DNA from: Promethearchaeota archaeon
Lineage (GTDB): Archaea > Asgardarchaeota > Lokiarchaeia > Sigyniarchaeales > SOKP01
DNA length: 64,000 bases
Reading direction: 5' to 3'
NCBI GenBank assembly: GCA_048939995.1
Contig: JBHLOY010000009.1
Coordinates: 1-64,000 of the forward strand
Shown: positions 20,296-30,304 of the stretch, one piece after another
Layout: every line of letters begins with the position of its first letter
Numbering within the stretch: the first letter of the stretch is position 1
Position numbers and translations under genes: made by a program
Notes under the pieces: generated by a model
What the model was told of the DNA's origin: nothing
Database searches by the model: none
The model's input: only the letters and a program-made list of their open reading frames with translations

Positions 20296-21003
20296 ATGAA
20301 GACAGAAATTGAAAAAGGCGACATAGAGTCGTGCCAATCCACTATTAATCCCAGCGAGTGGAATGGAAGAACAATAGAAATTGATGACGCTGGGACTGGA
20401 GACCTTGTTGGAGATGCTTTTATTGGTTTTCGAGATACGCAAACCGGAAAGGTAATATTTCAATCGGTCCCCGTAGGGCTCTATAACGAGGATAATAAGG
20501 ATGAGGATCGCCCGAAAAAGCGTATATTTAACATAGTAATAAAGACACTTCGATTACTTAATTATAGTGATGAAGATAGGATATTATTATGTAGGGGGAA
20601 TTGTTTTGATCCAGTTAGAGATTACTTTAACGAGAATAAAATATATTACGAGCCCGCAATTATAGAGGGAGCACTGCAAGATGCTGTAGAAGGTCGATAT
20701 GTCCAACACCTTCGAAAACTTGGAGTAACTTCTAATAAATTAACGAAAGAGTCAGGAGCACAACGCTATTTTGTCTTGTTTGATTGGGTTTGCCAAGATT
20801 TTCCAAATCGTGAACGATTTGTTAAGACTGGATTTCCTTCGTGGAAAAAAAAATGGCGAAAGATTGCTATAAAAAGATACAAAAAATACAAGAAAATTAA
20901 GCGCCATAGCACGAAAACGATTATGAAACGGGCAAATGAGATCTATAAGCTTATGTTTGAGAAACCCGATTCTTTAAAGAAATATCCTCTTAAAGTAAAT
21001 TAA
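20296..21003 (+). CDS. Hypothetical protein with RNase HII/HIII-like N-terminal motif
   Basis: IEIDDAGTGDLVG resembles the DEAGRG/DEVGTGD motif; basic C-terminal tail. Confidence 0.55.
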   Translation: MKTEIEKGDIESCQSTINPSEWNGRTIEIDDAGTGDLVGDAFIGFRDTQTGKVIFQSVPVGLYNEDNKDEDRPKKRIFNIVIKTLRLLNYSDEDRILLCRGNCFDPVRDYFNENKIYYEPAIIEGALQDAVEGRYVQHLRKLGVTSNKLTKESGAQRYFVLFDWVCQDFPNRERFVKTGFPSWKKKWRKIAIKRYKKYKKIKRHSTKTIMKRANEIYKLMFEKPDSLKKYPLKVN

Positions 21004-21174
21004 AAGGAAAAATTTTTTCTTGCGAAATTTAATTTTTTTCGCACTATATATAAAAGGCTATTATTCTTATTATAATATTAATTGAGATTTTTATTTTATA
21101 AGTAATATCAAGTTATTTACAGTTATCCTATACCTTATAACTTAATTTGAGATTTCTTTAAAAGAGAGAGAATT

Positions 21175-21336
21175 ATGACTGAATGCGAGTTCTGTGGAAA
21201 AAAAATTCTAAGAAATACGTGGAATAAGAAATATCATCACATAAATATATGTCAAATACCAGAAAAAAGATTTTTTTGTTCCTTGAAATGCAAATTTGGT
21301 TGGATTTTTAAGAGTACGGAAGATTCTGTCTTTTAA
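21175..21336 (+). CDS. TRASH/zf-FCS-like small metal-binding protein (53 aa, not in ORF track)
   Basis: MTECEFCGKKI...RFFCSLKC matches CxxC...FCSxxC. Confidence 0.7.
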   Translation: MTECEFCGKKILRNTWNKKYHHINICQIPEKRFFCSLKCKFGWIFKSTEDSVF

Positions 21337-21368
21337 GAGGTGATCTTAATAATTTTTTAGCAGAGTTC

Positions 21369-22037
21369 GTGAAAAATTTACAAGTAAAAATGGAGGCTAT
21401 TCCAAATCCAGGTGTCATCTTTTACAATTCATTCGTAAAAAGAATTTTAAGTAAGTCTGAATTAGAAATATCTCAAGAGGTAGTTCACAGTATAAATAGG
21501 GGAGTTTTAGTAGATGTGGGCTCTGGTACGGGATTTCTTTCTATAGAAATTGCTAAAAAAGCACCAGAGCTATCTATTTATGGAATTGATCTGAGTAAAA
21601 AAATGGTAGAGATTTCTTCAGGTCATGCTAAAAGATTTAATAATGTCCAATTTCAATGGGCTAATGCAACTCAACTTCCTTTTGAAGAAAATTCTATTGA
21701 TTTAATTATTAGTACAGGCTCATTTCATCATTGGAAACACCCTTTCAAGGTGTTCAATGAATGTTACCGAATTTTGAAAAATAATCGAGAAGCATGGATA
21801 TATGATGGGTGTTATAATCCTCCTTCTAGAGAGAGAGCAAAGTTAAAACGAGAGTATGGCATATTGAAATACTTTATTCTCACTCGCATCCAAAAATTGC
21901 ATGGATTTGAATGGATTGACTATAAAACTAGGATTAAAAGACTTCTTGAGCAAACAAACTTTAAAACAAATTTTAGAATGGAATTAAAGAATGGATGGAT
22001 GAAATTAATTCTTAAAAAGAGGGGGATTTTATCCTAA
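21369..22037 (+). CDS. Class I SAM-dependent methyltransferase
   Basis: VDVGSGTG, GIDLS and SFHHW motifs. Confidence 0.92.
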   Translation: MKNLQVKMEAIPNPGVIFYNSFVKRILSKSELEISQEVVHSINRGVLVDVGSGTGFLSIEIAKKAPELSIYGIDLSKKMVEISSGHAKRFNNVQFQWANATQLPFEENSIDLIISTGSFHHWKHPFKVFNECYRILKNNREAWIYDGCYNPPSRERAKLKREYGILKYFILTRIQKLHGFEWIDYKTRIKRLLEQTNFKTNFRMELKNGWMKLILKKRGILS

Positions 22038-22954
22038 CTCCCCATTATTTCTTTAAAACCATCTATATCTTTTAAATTTTGGAGTAAGTTTTCTTCTTCA
22101 TCTAGGATTAGCACAAGATCTTTATCAATACTAACTGCTCTTTCTAATGCATTCAAAGCTTCCTTGTTATTACCTTTCTTTTGGTAGATAATTGCAATAT
22201 GAATTAATGTCTCTACATCTTCAGGTTCAAGATCTAAAACGCTTGTATATGCTTTTATAGCTTCCTTAAGATCATCTACCTTTTCGAATGTAAAACCTAA
22301 ACCAAAAAATGCCACACTTAACTGTGGGTCGATTTGAATGGTTTCTTTAAAACATTGAATTGCTTTTTCAAAATTATTGTTATTAAGTGAGGTTAAGCCC
22401 AAGTTGAACCAAGCTATCTCATTTTGAGGATCTATTTCTATAGCTTTTTCAAATGAGCTTACTTCTGCCTCAGTATTACCGAGCATTCCGAAAGCTCTAC
22501 CAAGATTATTCCATACCTCAGAATCATTAGGATTTATTGCTAGTGATTTTTTAAAGTATCCAATCGCTTCTTTATAATCTTCCGACTTTCCAACTGCTAC
22601 TCCCAGATTATATAATGTATCTGCATCATTAGGGTCTAGTTCTAACGCCTTTCTGTAGGCATCAATTTCAGCCTTAACGTCATCCTTTTGCCCATATGCC
22701 ACTCCTAAATTAACCCAAAGTTCAGCATTACTAGGTTCCAATTCTAAGGCTTTTTTGTAAGATTTGATTTCCTCATTAGTATTTTCCAACATGCTGTATG
22801 CTAATCCTAAATTAACCCATGCTTCTACATTGTTCGGATTAATTTCTAATGCTTTCTTAAATGCTGCAATTGCTTTCCTTATATCTCCATCTTGTATGTG
22901 AGTAAGTCCACGACTAAACCATCCTTCAGCAGAATCAGGATCTAATCTTTTCAT
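22034..22954 (-). CDS. Tetratricopeptide repeat protein (about 8 TPRs)
   Basis: 34-aa repeats W.NLG..Y....A...Y.KALE.DP. Confidence 0.95.
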   Translation of the reverse strand: MKRLDPDSAEGWFSRGLTHIQDGDIRKAIAAFKKALEINPNNVEAWVNLGLAYSMLENTNEEIKSYKKALELEPSNAELWVNLGVAYGQKDDVKAEIDAYRKALELDPNDADTLYNLGVAVGKSEDYKEAIGYFKKSLAINPNDSEVWNNLGRAFGMLGNTEAEVSSFEKAIEIDPQNEIAWFNLGLTSLNNNNFEKAIQCFKETIQIDPQLSVAFFGLGFTFEKVDDLKEAIKAYTSVLDLEPEDVETLIHIAIIYQKKGNNKEALNALERAVSIDKDLVLILDEEENLLQNLKDIDGFKEIMGS

Positions 22955-23030
22955 TCTATCAAGTTTGTTCTTTTAGAGAGTTAAATAATTAATAAGAATT
23001 CAAAATAATTAAATCAACCGTAATTTGATT

Positions 23031-24218
23031 TTATTTTTTATTTAGTATTCTGGAAAAAAACTCTTTTGAAGGAATCGAGAGCGTTGTAGAAGTGAAAATG
23101 TCTATAACTTGGCTTTTAAATTCCGGATCTTTTTCTGTCAACGCTAACATTCTATTGAGATTCTGCCCCTTATTTTCATAAAAAAAGTTGGCCATCGAAT
23201 ATGTTAATTTAAAATCTCTTGTAACAGTTTTAATTTCGGGATGTGATTTATATTCCTTTAGAGTGTTTTTGGAATAACTTTCCTGTTCTAATGCGGCAAT
23301 TGCAGTTTCTGCAGCAATTTTCCCAGATATTATTGAAGTATGAATGCCCTCACCACTTATAGGGGAAATAAAGCCTCCAGCGTCTCCTACAATCATTAAA
23401 TTATCATCATAAAGGCTTTTTTGGAGAACACCTTGAATTGGAAATAGATAACATGCTGTCCAGATTGTTTTATAATCTGATGCAGATATATACTTTCTTA
23501 CTTGGGGATCATTTAAAAATCCATCATATATCTCAAGTATATTATACCTCCGATTATCTTCGCCAAATGTATAAATTCCTATATTAAAATGATGAGTATC
23601 TAGAGGAAAAATCCAGCCATATCCTTTATAAGGCCGGAAGAAGATATAGGCATTATGTTCGTCAAGTTGATGGCTTCCCTGTAATATGGAGCATTTAGCT
23701 AATGCTATCTCATCAAGTTTCCATTTGGTTCGTAATCCTGATCTTATCGCCAGTTTAGAGCTCATACCATCAGCTATGATGATTATTTTTCCGAAATATT
23801 CTTTGGTTCCTATTGGTGTTTTTGATTTAACCCCAATCTTTTGATTACCTTTGACAATTAGATCAAAGGTAATATTTTTATTGAATATTTCTGCTCCAGT
23901 TTCAATAGCAATTTTTCTGATGAAATTATCAAAAGTTAATCGATCTATAATCGCTCCAGGTGGCCCTCCTCCGGAATATTCAAGATAATGATAATCAGCT
24001 GAATGCATGACTATGCCTTTGAGTTGCAGCAGACTTAACTTCTTTAATTGAGGATAATGCTCAATAACTATGGGATTTAAAGCACCTCCACATGGTTTAC
24101 GCCAATTTATATCTTTTTCTAATAAAGCAACCTTATAGCCTGCCTTTGCCAATATTTGGGCAGATTTTGAACCAGAGGGCCCCGCACCTGAAATAATTAC
24201 ATCATACATTAGATTCAA
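23031..24218 (-). CDS. Geranylgeranyl reductase family (DGGGPL reductase-like)
   Basis: GAGPSG, KPCGG, ADG, GYGWIFP and GDAGG..P..GEGI motifs. Confidence 0.9.
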   Translation of the reverse strand: MNLMYDVIISGAGPSGSKSAQILAKAGYKVALLEKDINWRKPCGGALNPIVIEHYPQLKKLSLLQLKGIVMHSADYHYLEYSGGGPPGAIIDRLTFDNFIRKIAIETGAEIFNKNITFDLIVKGNQKIGVKSKTPIGTKEYFGKIIIIADGMSSKLAIRSGLRTKWKLDEIALAKCSILQGSHQLDEHNAYIFFRPYKGYGWIFPLDTHHFNIGIYTFGEDNRRYNILEIYDGFLNDPQVRKYISASDYKTIWTACYLFPIQGVLQKSLYDDNLMIVGDAGGFISPISGEGIHTSIISGKIAAETAIAALEQESYSKNTLKEYKSHPEIKTVTRDFKLTYSMANFFYENKGQNLNRMLALTEKDPEFKSQVIDIFTSTTLSIPSKEFFSRILNKK

Positions 24219-24449
24219 CCATGCACTTCTTAGAATTTTTTATAGTTTGAAATCCAACTTTTACTTATGCATTCTTTAATAATTAATTAAATATCTATTA
24301 AGGATTAAAAATAATTAAATCAAGCACATTATAATGTAAAATTTTCGATTTACTTATTAACTATTAGGACTGTTTTATTAAACCTAGAAAATTTCTATTT
24401 AGTTAGATGCATTTCAATTTAAATAAATGAAAAGATGAGGCTGATTTGA

Positions 24450-24602
24450 GTGAATTGTCCAGATTGTGGAAACCAAGTAAGAAATAACGAGCAAAAATAT
24501 TGTGAATTTTGTGGTAAGGAATTACTCAAGATTGATAGCTCTACTAAGCAAAGAGTAGATTCGACTTTTAAACCATCGCAATTTAAAAGAAGATGTTGTT
24601 AA
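24450..24602 (+). CDS. Zinc-ribbon peptide ending in KRRCC (50 aa, not in ORF track)
   Basis: GTG start; MNCPDCGNQVRNNEQKYCEFCGKELLKIDSSTKQRVDSTFKPSQFKRRCC*; SD-like GAGG upstream. Confidence 0.75.
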   Translation: MNCPDCGNQVRNNEQKYCEFCGKELLKIDSSTKQRVDSTFKPSQFKRRCC

Positions 24603-24701
24603 GAATTAGATTCCTAATCTTAAATTAGATTTATTTATTATTTATAATTTTAAAGTATAGTCATTTTTTGAATCTTAAAAGTCAGATAAAAGGTATTGTG
24701 A

Positions 24702-25199
24702 ATGGATCGTATAATAATTTTTATAGATAATAGCAATATCTTCAAGGGATTTAGGAAGTATAATATAAAAGCAGATTATGAAAAATTGAAATACATTATT
24801 ACTAAAAATCGAAAATTAGAAGGTATATTTTTATACGAGGGGGCTATATATCCTATGAGTCCGGAAAAAAAGAAGTGGTATGAAGATTTGAATGTTAAAA
24901 GCGGATATACAATTAGAGTTAGTTTTGATAAGATCGTGTTAAATGAAACTTTCGAAAAAAAAGTTGACATTATAATTGCAATTGATATTATATCTCTCGC
25001 ATATGAGAATGCCTACGACACCGCAATATTAGTATCTGGAGATGGGGATTTCATACCTGTGGTTAAAAAAGTAAAAGAATTAGACAAGAAGATCGAATTA
25101 TGGGCTTTCAAATATTCCTTATCGAACGCGTTAAAAGAGGAGCTCAGACATGAAGATATAAATTATCTTGATGATATACTAAATGAAATTAAGATTTAG
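24702..25199 (+). CDS. NYN (LabA/DUF88) PIN-like domain protein
   Basis: FIDNSN, EKKVD..IAID and LVSGDGDF motifs. Confidence 0.93.
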   Translation: MDRIIIFIDNSNIFKGFRKYNIKADYEKLKYIITKNRKLEGIFLYEGAIYPMSPEKKKWYEDLNVKSGYTIRVSFDKIVLNETFEKKVDIIIAIDIISLAYENAYDTAILVSGDGDFIPVVKKVKELDKKIELWAFKYSLSNALKEELRHEDINYLDDILNEIKI

Positions 25200-25200
25200 C

Positions 25201-25689
25201 TCAGGAATCTGCTTTTTCTTCTTTACCAGTAATGGTACTTATATCTAATCTTAACATTCCTGAATTATCGTAGGTTTCATCCTTTTTCAAAAATTTATTT
25301 TTAATTAATTGAGGATCCTTTTCTAACTGCTTTAATAATATTTCGAAGCCATACTTTTTTTCCTCCAAATCTTTCACAATTTCCATTGTCCCTCTAAACA
25401 CAACTGAGCGAAATGCTTGCCCACACCCTTCTTGATAACCGTTATCTTCTATTACGATACCACACACTTGTGGATTTGCTTTAATAAAATCGATTTTCTG
25501 CCCTTCTTTAGCGCAATGAAAATAGAGAGCTTGTTTTGCTTCATCGTATCCATAACTTAATGATACTAAATATGGTTCATTCTCTTTACACATTGAAATT
25601 ATGGCGAACTTTTCCTTTTTCAGTATTTCAAGGATGGTTTCTCTGTCTGAAAGTTCCTTTTCGACTCTTCTTAAATGATATTTAGCCAT
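25201..25689 (-). CDS. Pyridoxamine 5'-phosphate oxidase-like flavin-binding protein (NimA-like)
   Basis: PYLVSL.YGY, YFHCA.EG.K, SVVFRG and ITGK motifs. Confidence 0.9.
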   Translation of the reverse strand: MAKYHLRRVEKELSDRETILEILKKEKFAIISMCKENEPYLVSLSYGYDEAKQALYFHCAKEGQKIDFIKANPQVCGIVIEDNGYQEGCGQAFRSVVFRGTMEIVKDLEEKKYGFEILLKQLEKDPQLIKNKFLKKDETYDNSGMLRLDISTITGKEEKADS

Positions 25690-25776
25690 CTTAAATATTT
25701 TAATGATTAATTAAATAAATAATCAGACGTAAAGATTTATTAAAAGAAAAATGAATATAATGTTAAATTTCTACTA

Positions 25777-26547
25777 TTATATCTCGTGACTCTCGCTTTT
25801 AAATAACACAGAATTAATCTTGTCTGCCATCCGATTTAAATGATTATATCTTCGCAGTTCTCTTTCATTTAACATATCAAGATAATTTAAATTCTCCTGT
25901 TTTTCAATATAACGTTCTTTAGCAATGTTCCTGATTTGGTCGATCTCATTTAAGATATCACGATATGTCATATTTAATTTATTGATTCTTTGGGCAGCTG
26001 GTGGCAAGACAAATACTCCAAGAATCTTATTGTAATTAAATTGAATATAAATAATTCCAGCCAAAATCAAACCAACCGCAAAAAAAATGCCAATGAGCCC
26101 AAAAGAAGGTGAAAATATGTCCCAAATGTTATTATACCCCATCTCGATGAGTTCTTCTGGTAATATGCCGAAAGCTCGAGTGAATTGTACTATCCAAATG
26201 ATAGTCGAAATTAAAAGTGCTAAAGCATTAAACAACAAAAAATACCTTATATTTAAAACCTTAAAATTCTTGATATCTTTCATTAAACGGGATGTCAGAA
26301 TCGAGAGCGTGAAAAGACTAATTACCAATATGCTTACGGTGAATACTGCGGGAGTCATAACTTCTGGATTGGTTATCGTGCCACTTGAGGTGCCGTATCC
26401 ATAAATGATTATAACCACAGCCCCCCAAAGGTATAGAGAAATAGACCCCGCTGGATTGATATACCATGCGGCAGGTGTAATTAATGCAATAAATAGTAAT
26501 ATCACCGAGACTAAAAATGGTGCCCATGCATATCTTTTTTTTTCCAT
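25777..26547 (-). CDS. Hypothetical four-TM membrane protein with C-terminal coiled coil
   Basis: Hydropathy pattern; SD GGGTGA. Confidence 0.75.
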   Translation of the reverse strand: MEKKRYAWAPFLVSVILLFIALITPAAWYINPAGSISLYLWGAVVIIIYGYGTSSGTITNPEVMTPAVFTVSILVISLFTLSILTSRLMKDIKNFKVLNIRYFLLFNALALLISTIIWIVQFTRAFGILPEELIEMGYNNIWDIFSPSFGLIGIFFAVGLILAGIIYIQFNYNKILGVFVLPPAAQRINKLNMTYRDILNEIDQIRNIAKERYIEKQENLNYLDMLNERELRRYNHLNRMADKINSVLFKSESHEI

Positions 26548-26880
26548 TAGAGATTCACCCTCTGTTTACATGTGATATAAATTCAACTTTTATTTATATG
26601 GATATCCATCCCCTTCTCGGTTCATGATACATTTTCCAAAAATTTTCTAAAAAATGAAAGCGGTATATGAAATATACTATTTTATTATACTATTTTAGTT
26701 TAATTTGATTTTAATCTGATGCTATTAATCAAAATATTGCCAAAGTAAAATTAACAAAAGATGAATTCATGGAGGGAGCAAAAAGATTATTGATGCATCT
26801 TAATCTCAATTTAAGTTATTAATGAAAAAAGAATTTATAAACTCCTACAGAGACTATGACAGATAAAAAGACTTGGCTAA

Positions 26881-27078
26881 TTATATTGTTCTAATTAAAC
26901 TTATTTCTTCGATTGGGAGATACATGCGAATATCATGTTCCTCGTCATACAATACAATCAAATGCTCAGTAACTGTCTCAATTTTTCCCGTTTGAACACA
27001 GTGAGGGTCTGGTAAGGTTTTCACAAATATTCTAATGCGTTTATCTTTTAATTCTTCAAATAAAGATCGTGGAATCAT
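26881..27078 (-). CDS. Small protein, possible Sm/Hfq-like fold
   Basis: Helix followed by KRIRIFV..GKIETVTEHLIVL..YLPIEEISLIR. Confidence 0.55.
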   Translation of the reverse strand: MIPRSLFEELKDKRIRIFVKTLPDPHCVQTGKIETVTEHLIVLYDEEHDIRMYLPIEEISLIRTI

Positions 27079-27200
27079 ATGTATTATTAGTTATTTCATT
27101 CTAATTATTATTTATCACTTTTCTATAATCTATAATCAGATCTTAGTTCTTTTAAAAATTTTAATAAAAAATAATGATTTTAAAAATTAGATATACTCTT

Positions 27201-28202
27201 TTATTCTGGTTGTTCGACTTCTTTTTCCTTCAAAAGCTTAGCCTTAATTTCTTTAATTTCCTTTTTGATTTTTTTAATTGTAATTCCCTTAAGTTTGGCA
27301 AATCGATATATAAATACAAACCCCGAAATGAGAATCCCAGCTAAATAGAAGATTTGAATAGTCCAAAATAATGGTTGAATTGATACGTAAAATTCTAGAT
27401 TTAAAATATAAGATAGAGTTGAGATTGTTGTAATCCAGATCAGAGATATGATTAAAACGACTCTTTCATAAAATTTTGGTTCGTCCCAATCAAGAACAAA
27501 TATTTTTAACCAAAAAATTAGACAGATAAAAGTTATAGGGGTAAAAATCAGCGAACCTATTGCAATTGGGATTAATAAATAAACAGCAAATCGATCTCTC
27601 CAAATATCTAATACCTCGCCTAACGTCATTTGATCTTGAATTTGAACTTTTGCGTATTTTCCCCTCCAATTAAAATACTTCTTCTTAATTCCTCGTCCAA
27701 CTTTTTTTACACCACCTTTAACGCGTTTAATTAATCCAGTCTCTACAACTTCTTGAAATTCTGCTCTTATTAAAGGAAGGAGATATAAAGTGATCATTAA
27801 AGAAATAATTCCATAAAGAAATATTAAAAGATCAATCCAATACTCCACACCAGTTGGTGGAGTACTAGGTGGTAGATTGGAAAAAATTGTATAAATAGCA
27901 TAGCCAGCTAAAATTCCGGGAATGATTACTTGAAGGATTACAAGAATTTGGATATGTTTTTTAGTAAATTTTTCAGTAAATCGATTCAATATCCATAAAA
28001 TTCCATTTGCGATAGTAATGATCAAACCAAAGCCAGAAAGAAGTTTCATTGTCCAGAAGAAAATTAAAAATGTGAAATTAAGCGAGAAAAATCCAAAAAG
28101 TAATTCCAGTATCATAAAAACTGTCGTTGCAATTAAACCAATTATATAAAATATGTCAAATTTTTCAAGATTTAGTTTCATAATTATAATAAATCGCAAC
28201 AA
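27201..28202 (-). CDS. Hypothetical multi-pass membrane protein
   Basis: About 7 TM segments; the true start may be the ATG about 7 codons in. Confidence 0.75.
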   Translation of the reverse strand: MLRFIIIMKLNLEKFDIFYIIGLIATTVFMILELLFGFFSLNFTFLIFFWTMKLLSGFGLIITIANGILWILNRFTEKFTKKHIQILVILQVIIPGILAGYAIYTIFSNLPPSTPPTGVEYWIDLLIFLYGIISLMITLYLLPLIRAEFQEVVETGLIKRVKGGVKKVGRGIKKKYFNWRGKYAKVQIQDQMTLGEVLDIWRDRFAVYLLIPIAIGSLIFTPITFICLIFWLKIFVLDWDEPKFYERVVLIISLIWITTISTLSYILNLEFYVSIQPLFWTIQIFYLAGILISGFVFIYRFAKLKGITIKKIKKEIKEIKAKLLKEKEVEQPE

Positions 28203-28361
28203 ATTTTAAGAATTTTTGTTTCCTTTATTTTTTTTGATTAATTTTGAAATTACTTTTTAATTCGAAAGGGTTTATTTCATTTAGAATAAATGCAATATAC
28301 ATTTAATGAACCCGTATTTCCCTTTTATTTTATAAATAATTACTGATTTGTTGAAAATAGC

Positions 28362-30302
28362 ATGAAATATAAATGGATTATTGATGGGAGTCCTGGAGAT
28401 GAAAGATTCTTTTTAGGAAATGAAGCTATAGTTAGAGGAGCTTTAGAAAGTGGTATAGATATTTATACGTTTTATCCAGGTACACCTAGCTCAGAAGTAG
28501 GAGAAATTTTTACAGAAATTTTTAATGAAGTTGGAATGAAATGGGTAGAGAGTAGTATTAATGAAAAAGTCGCTATAGAGGTTGCTGGTGCTGCCTATGC
28601 TAGAGGAGCAACTGCAATGGTTGGTATGAAAAATGCTGGGTTAAATGTCGCTTCAGATCCTTTATTTGCTTTAGCTACAACCTATCCAAAAAATAAAAGT
28701 TCAGCGATTGTAATTTTTGTAGCGGATGATCCAGAACAACATTCAAGTGCTGTAGAGATGGACTCAAGATATTATCTTAGTCTATTTAAAATACCCGCAT
28801 TAGAACCTAGTAACCCGCAAGAATGTTTAGAATTTGTTAAATCAGCATTTGAAATGTCAAGAGAATTAAAACTTCCAGTGATTTTAAGAACAGTTACAAT
28901 GGTATCTCATGCAAGGAGTAATGTGGTTATTGGAAAAATGAGGACTTCAGAAATTGAAGATGAATTCAATTTATCAAAGGAGGTGAATACAGCTTCAAGA
29001 CTTTATTTTTTAAAATTGAAAGAAGATCAGATATATAATCGAATGAATCAGGCATTGAAACTTTCAGAGAAGAGTTCGTTGAATAGAATTGAACATGAAA
29101 ACGTGAAGAATGAATTTGGGTTAGGAATTATAACGAGTGGAGTATCTTATAGCTATGTAAATGAAGCATTAGATTTCCTTGAACTTCATGTTCCTGTACT
29201 CAAAATTGGTATTATAAATCCCCTTCCTGAACGAAAAATTGTCAGATTTCTTGAACAATTTAAAGAGGTATTGGTAGTAGAAGAGAATGATGCATTTATA
29301 GAGACTCAAATATTAGCTATAGCACATAAAAATAGCCTTAACGTAAAAATTCATGGAAAAAGTCCCTTTTCTTACTCCAAAGAAGCTTTATTTTCTTTTG
29401 TTGGAGAGTTAAATCCCACTAAAGTTGCGCTCGCACTAATTAAATTAACCAATATAAAATCAAGTATAGACTTAAATCAATTAAGCAACATGGATTATCA
29501 AATTTTACCAAGAATCCCAAGATTATGTGCTGGATGCCCGCATAGGACAACAGGGTTTGCATTAAGACAAGCGATTAAAAAAATCATATCAAAGACTGGA
29601 AAAAAGATCTACTTTTTTCAAGATATAGGATGTTATACACTCTTAGCTTACCCTCCCATCTCGTTTGCTAACGTTAAATATTGTATGGGCTCAAGTATAG
29701 CATTAGCTCAAGGAGTTGCTCGTACAAGTGAAAGTTTGAATATTGCAATAATAGGAGATGGGACTTTTTTTCATTCTGGAGTACCTGCCTTATTAAATAC
29801 GATTCATAATAAAACTCCAGTTATGATTTTAATATTGGATAACGGATGGATCGGAATGACGGGACAACAGCCTCATCCCGGAAGTGATACTCGTCATTAT
29901 GAGGGAGGTGATTTTAAGGCGAATATAGATTTAGAAGCTTTTCTAAAAGGAACTAGTATTCATGTCAATATACTGAAACATTACGAATGTGCTGAAGGAA
30001 CCTACTTCAATGAATTAAAACAAACAATCTATGAGAATGGGATGGATGTGCTGAAACAAAAAAGTCCACATGTTATTGTCGTGAGAGACGAATGTATCCA
30101 GAAATACAACTCAAGATATAAGTCAAAAGTTAGGTATATTAAGGAAGAGCTTTGTAATAATTGTGGTATATGTTATAGTGAATTCTTGTGTCCTGCAATC
30201 TATGCCGACAATGGTACTGTTTACATTAGACCAAATGTATGTTTAGGTTGCGGTATCTGCGAGCAGATATGTCCAAATAATGCTATTAAAAAAGAGGGTT
30301 GA
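28362..30302 (+). CDS. iorA: Indolepyruvate:ferredoxin oxidoreductase alpha subunit
   Basis: LGNEAIVRG, YPGTPSSE, NEKVA.E, CAGCPHR, GDGTFFHSG and C-terminal ferredoxin motifs. Confidence 0.95.
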   Translation: MKYKWIIDGSPGDERFFLGNEAIVRGALESGIDIYTFYPGTPSSEVGEIFTEIFNEVGMKWVESSINEKVAIEVAGAAYARGATAMVGMKNAGLNVASDPLFALATTYPKNKSSAIVIFVADDPEQHSSAVEMDSRYYLSLFKIPALEPSNPQECLEFVKSAFEMSRELKLPVILRTVTMVSHARSNVVIGKMRTSEIEDEFNLSKEVNTASRLYFLKLKEDQIYNRMNQALKLSEKSSLNRIEHENVKNEFGLGIITSGVSYSYVNEALDFLELHVPVLKIGIINPLPERKIVRFLEQFKEVLVVEENDAFIETQILAIAHKNSLNVKIHGKSPFSYSKEALFSFVGELNPTKVALALIKLTNIKSSIDLNQLSNMDYQILPRIPRLCAGCPHRTTGFALRQAIKKIISKTGKKIYFFQDIGCYTLLAYPPISFANVKYCMGSSIALAQGVARTSESLNIAIIGDGTFFHSGVPALLNTIHNKTPVMILILDNGWIGMTGQQPHPGSDTRHYEGGDFKANIDLEAFLKGTSIHVNILKHYECAEGTYFNELKQTIYENGMDVLKQKSPHVIVVRDECIQKYNSRYKSKVRYIKEELCNNCGICYSEFLCPAIYADNGTVYIRPNVCLGCGICEQICPNNAIKKEG

Positions 30303-30304
30303 GT

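Noticed and set aside
21337-21371. SD GAGGTGA upstream of the methyltransferase as a fourth non-canonical start
   Set aside because: No in-frame ATH/NTG codon at plausible spacing and no homology argument for an extension.
22034-22954. About 102-bp periodic nucleotide similarity
   Set aside because: Explained by TPR coding repeats; not CRISPR or a mobile repeat.
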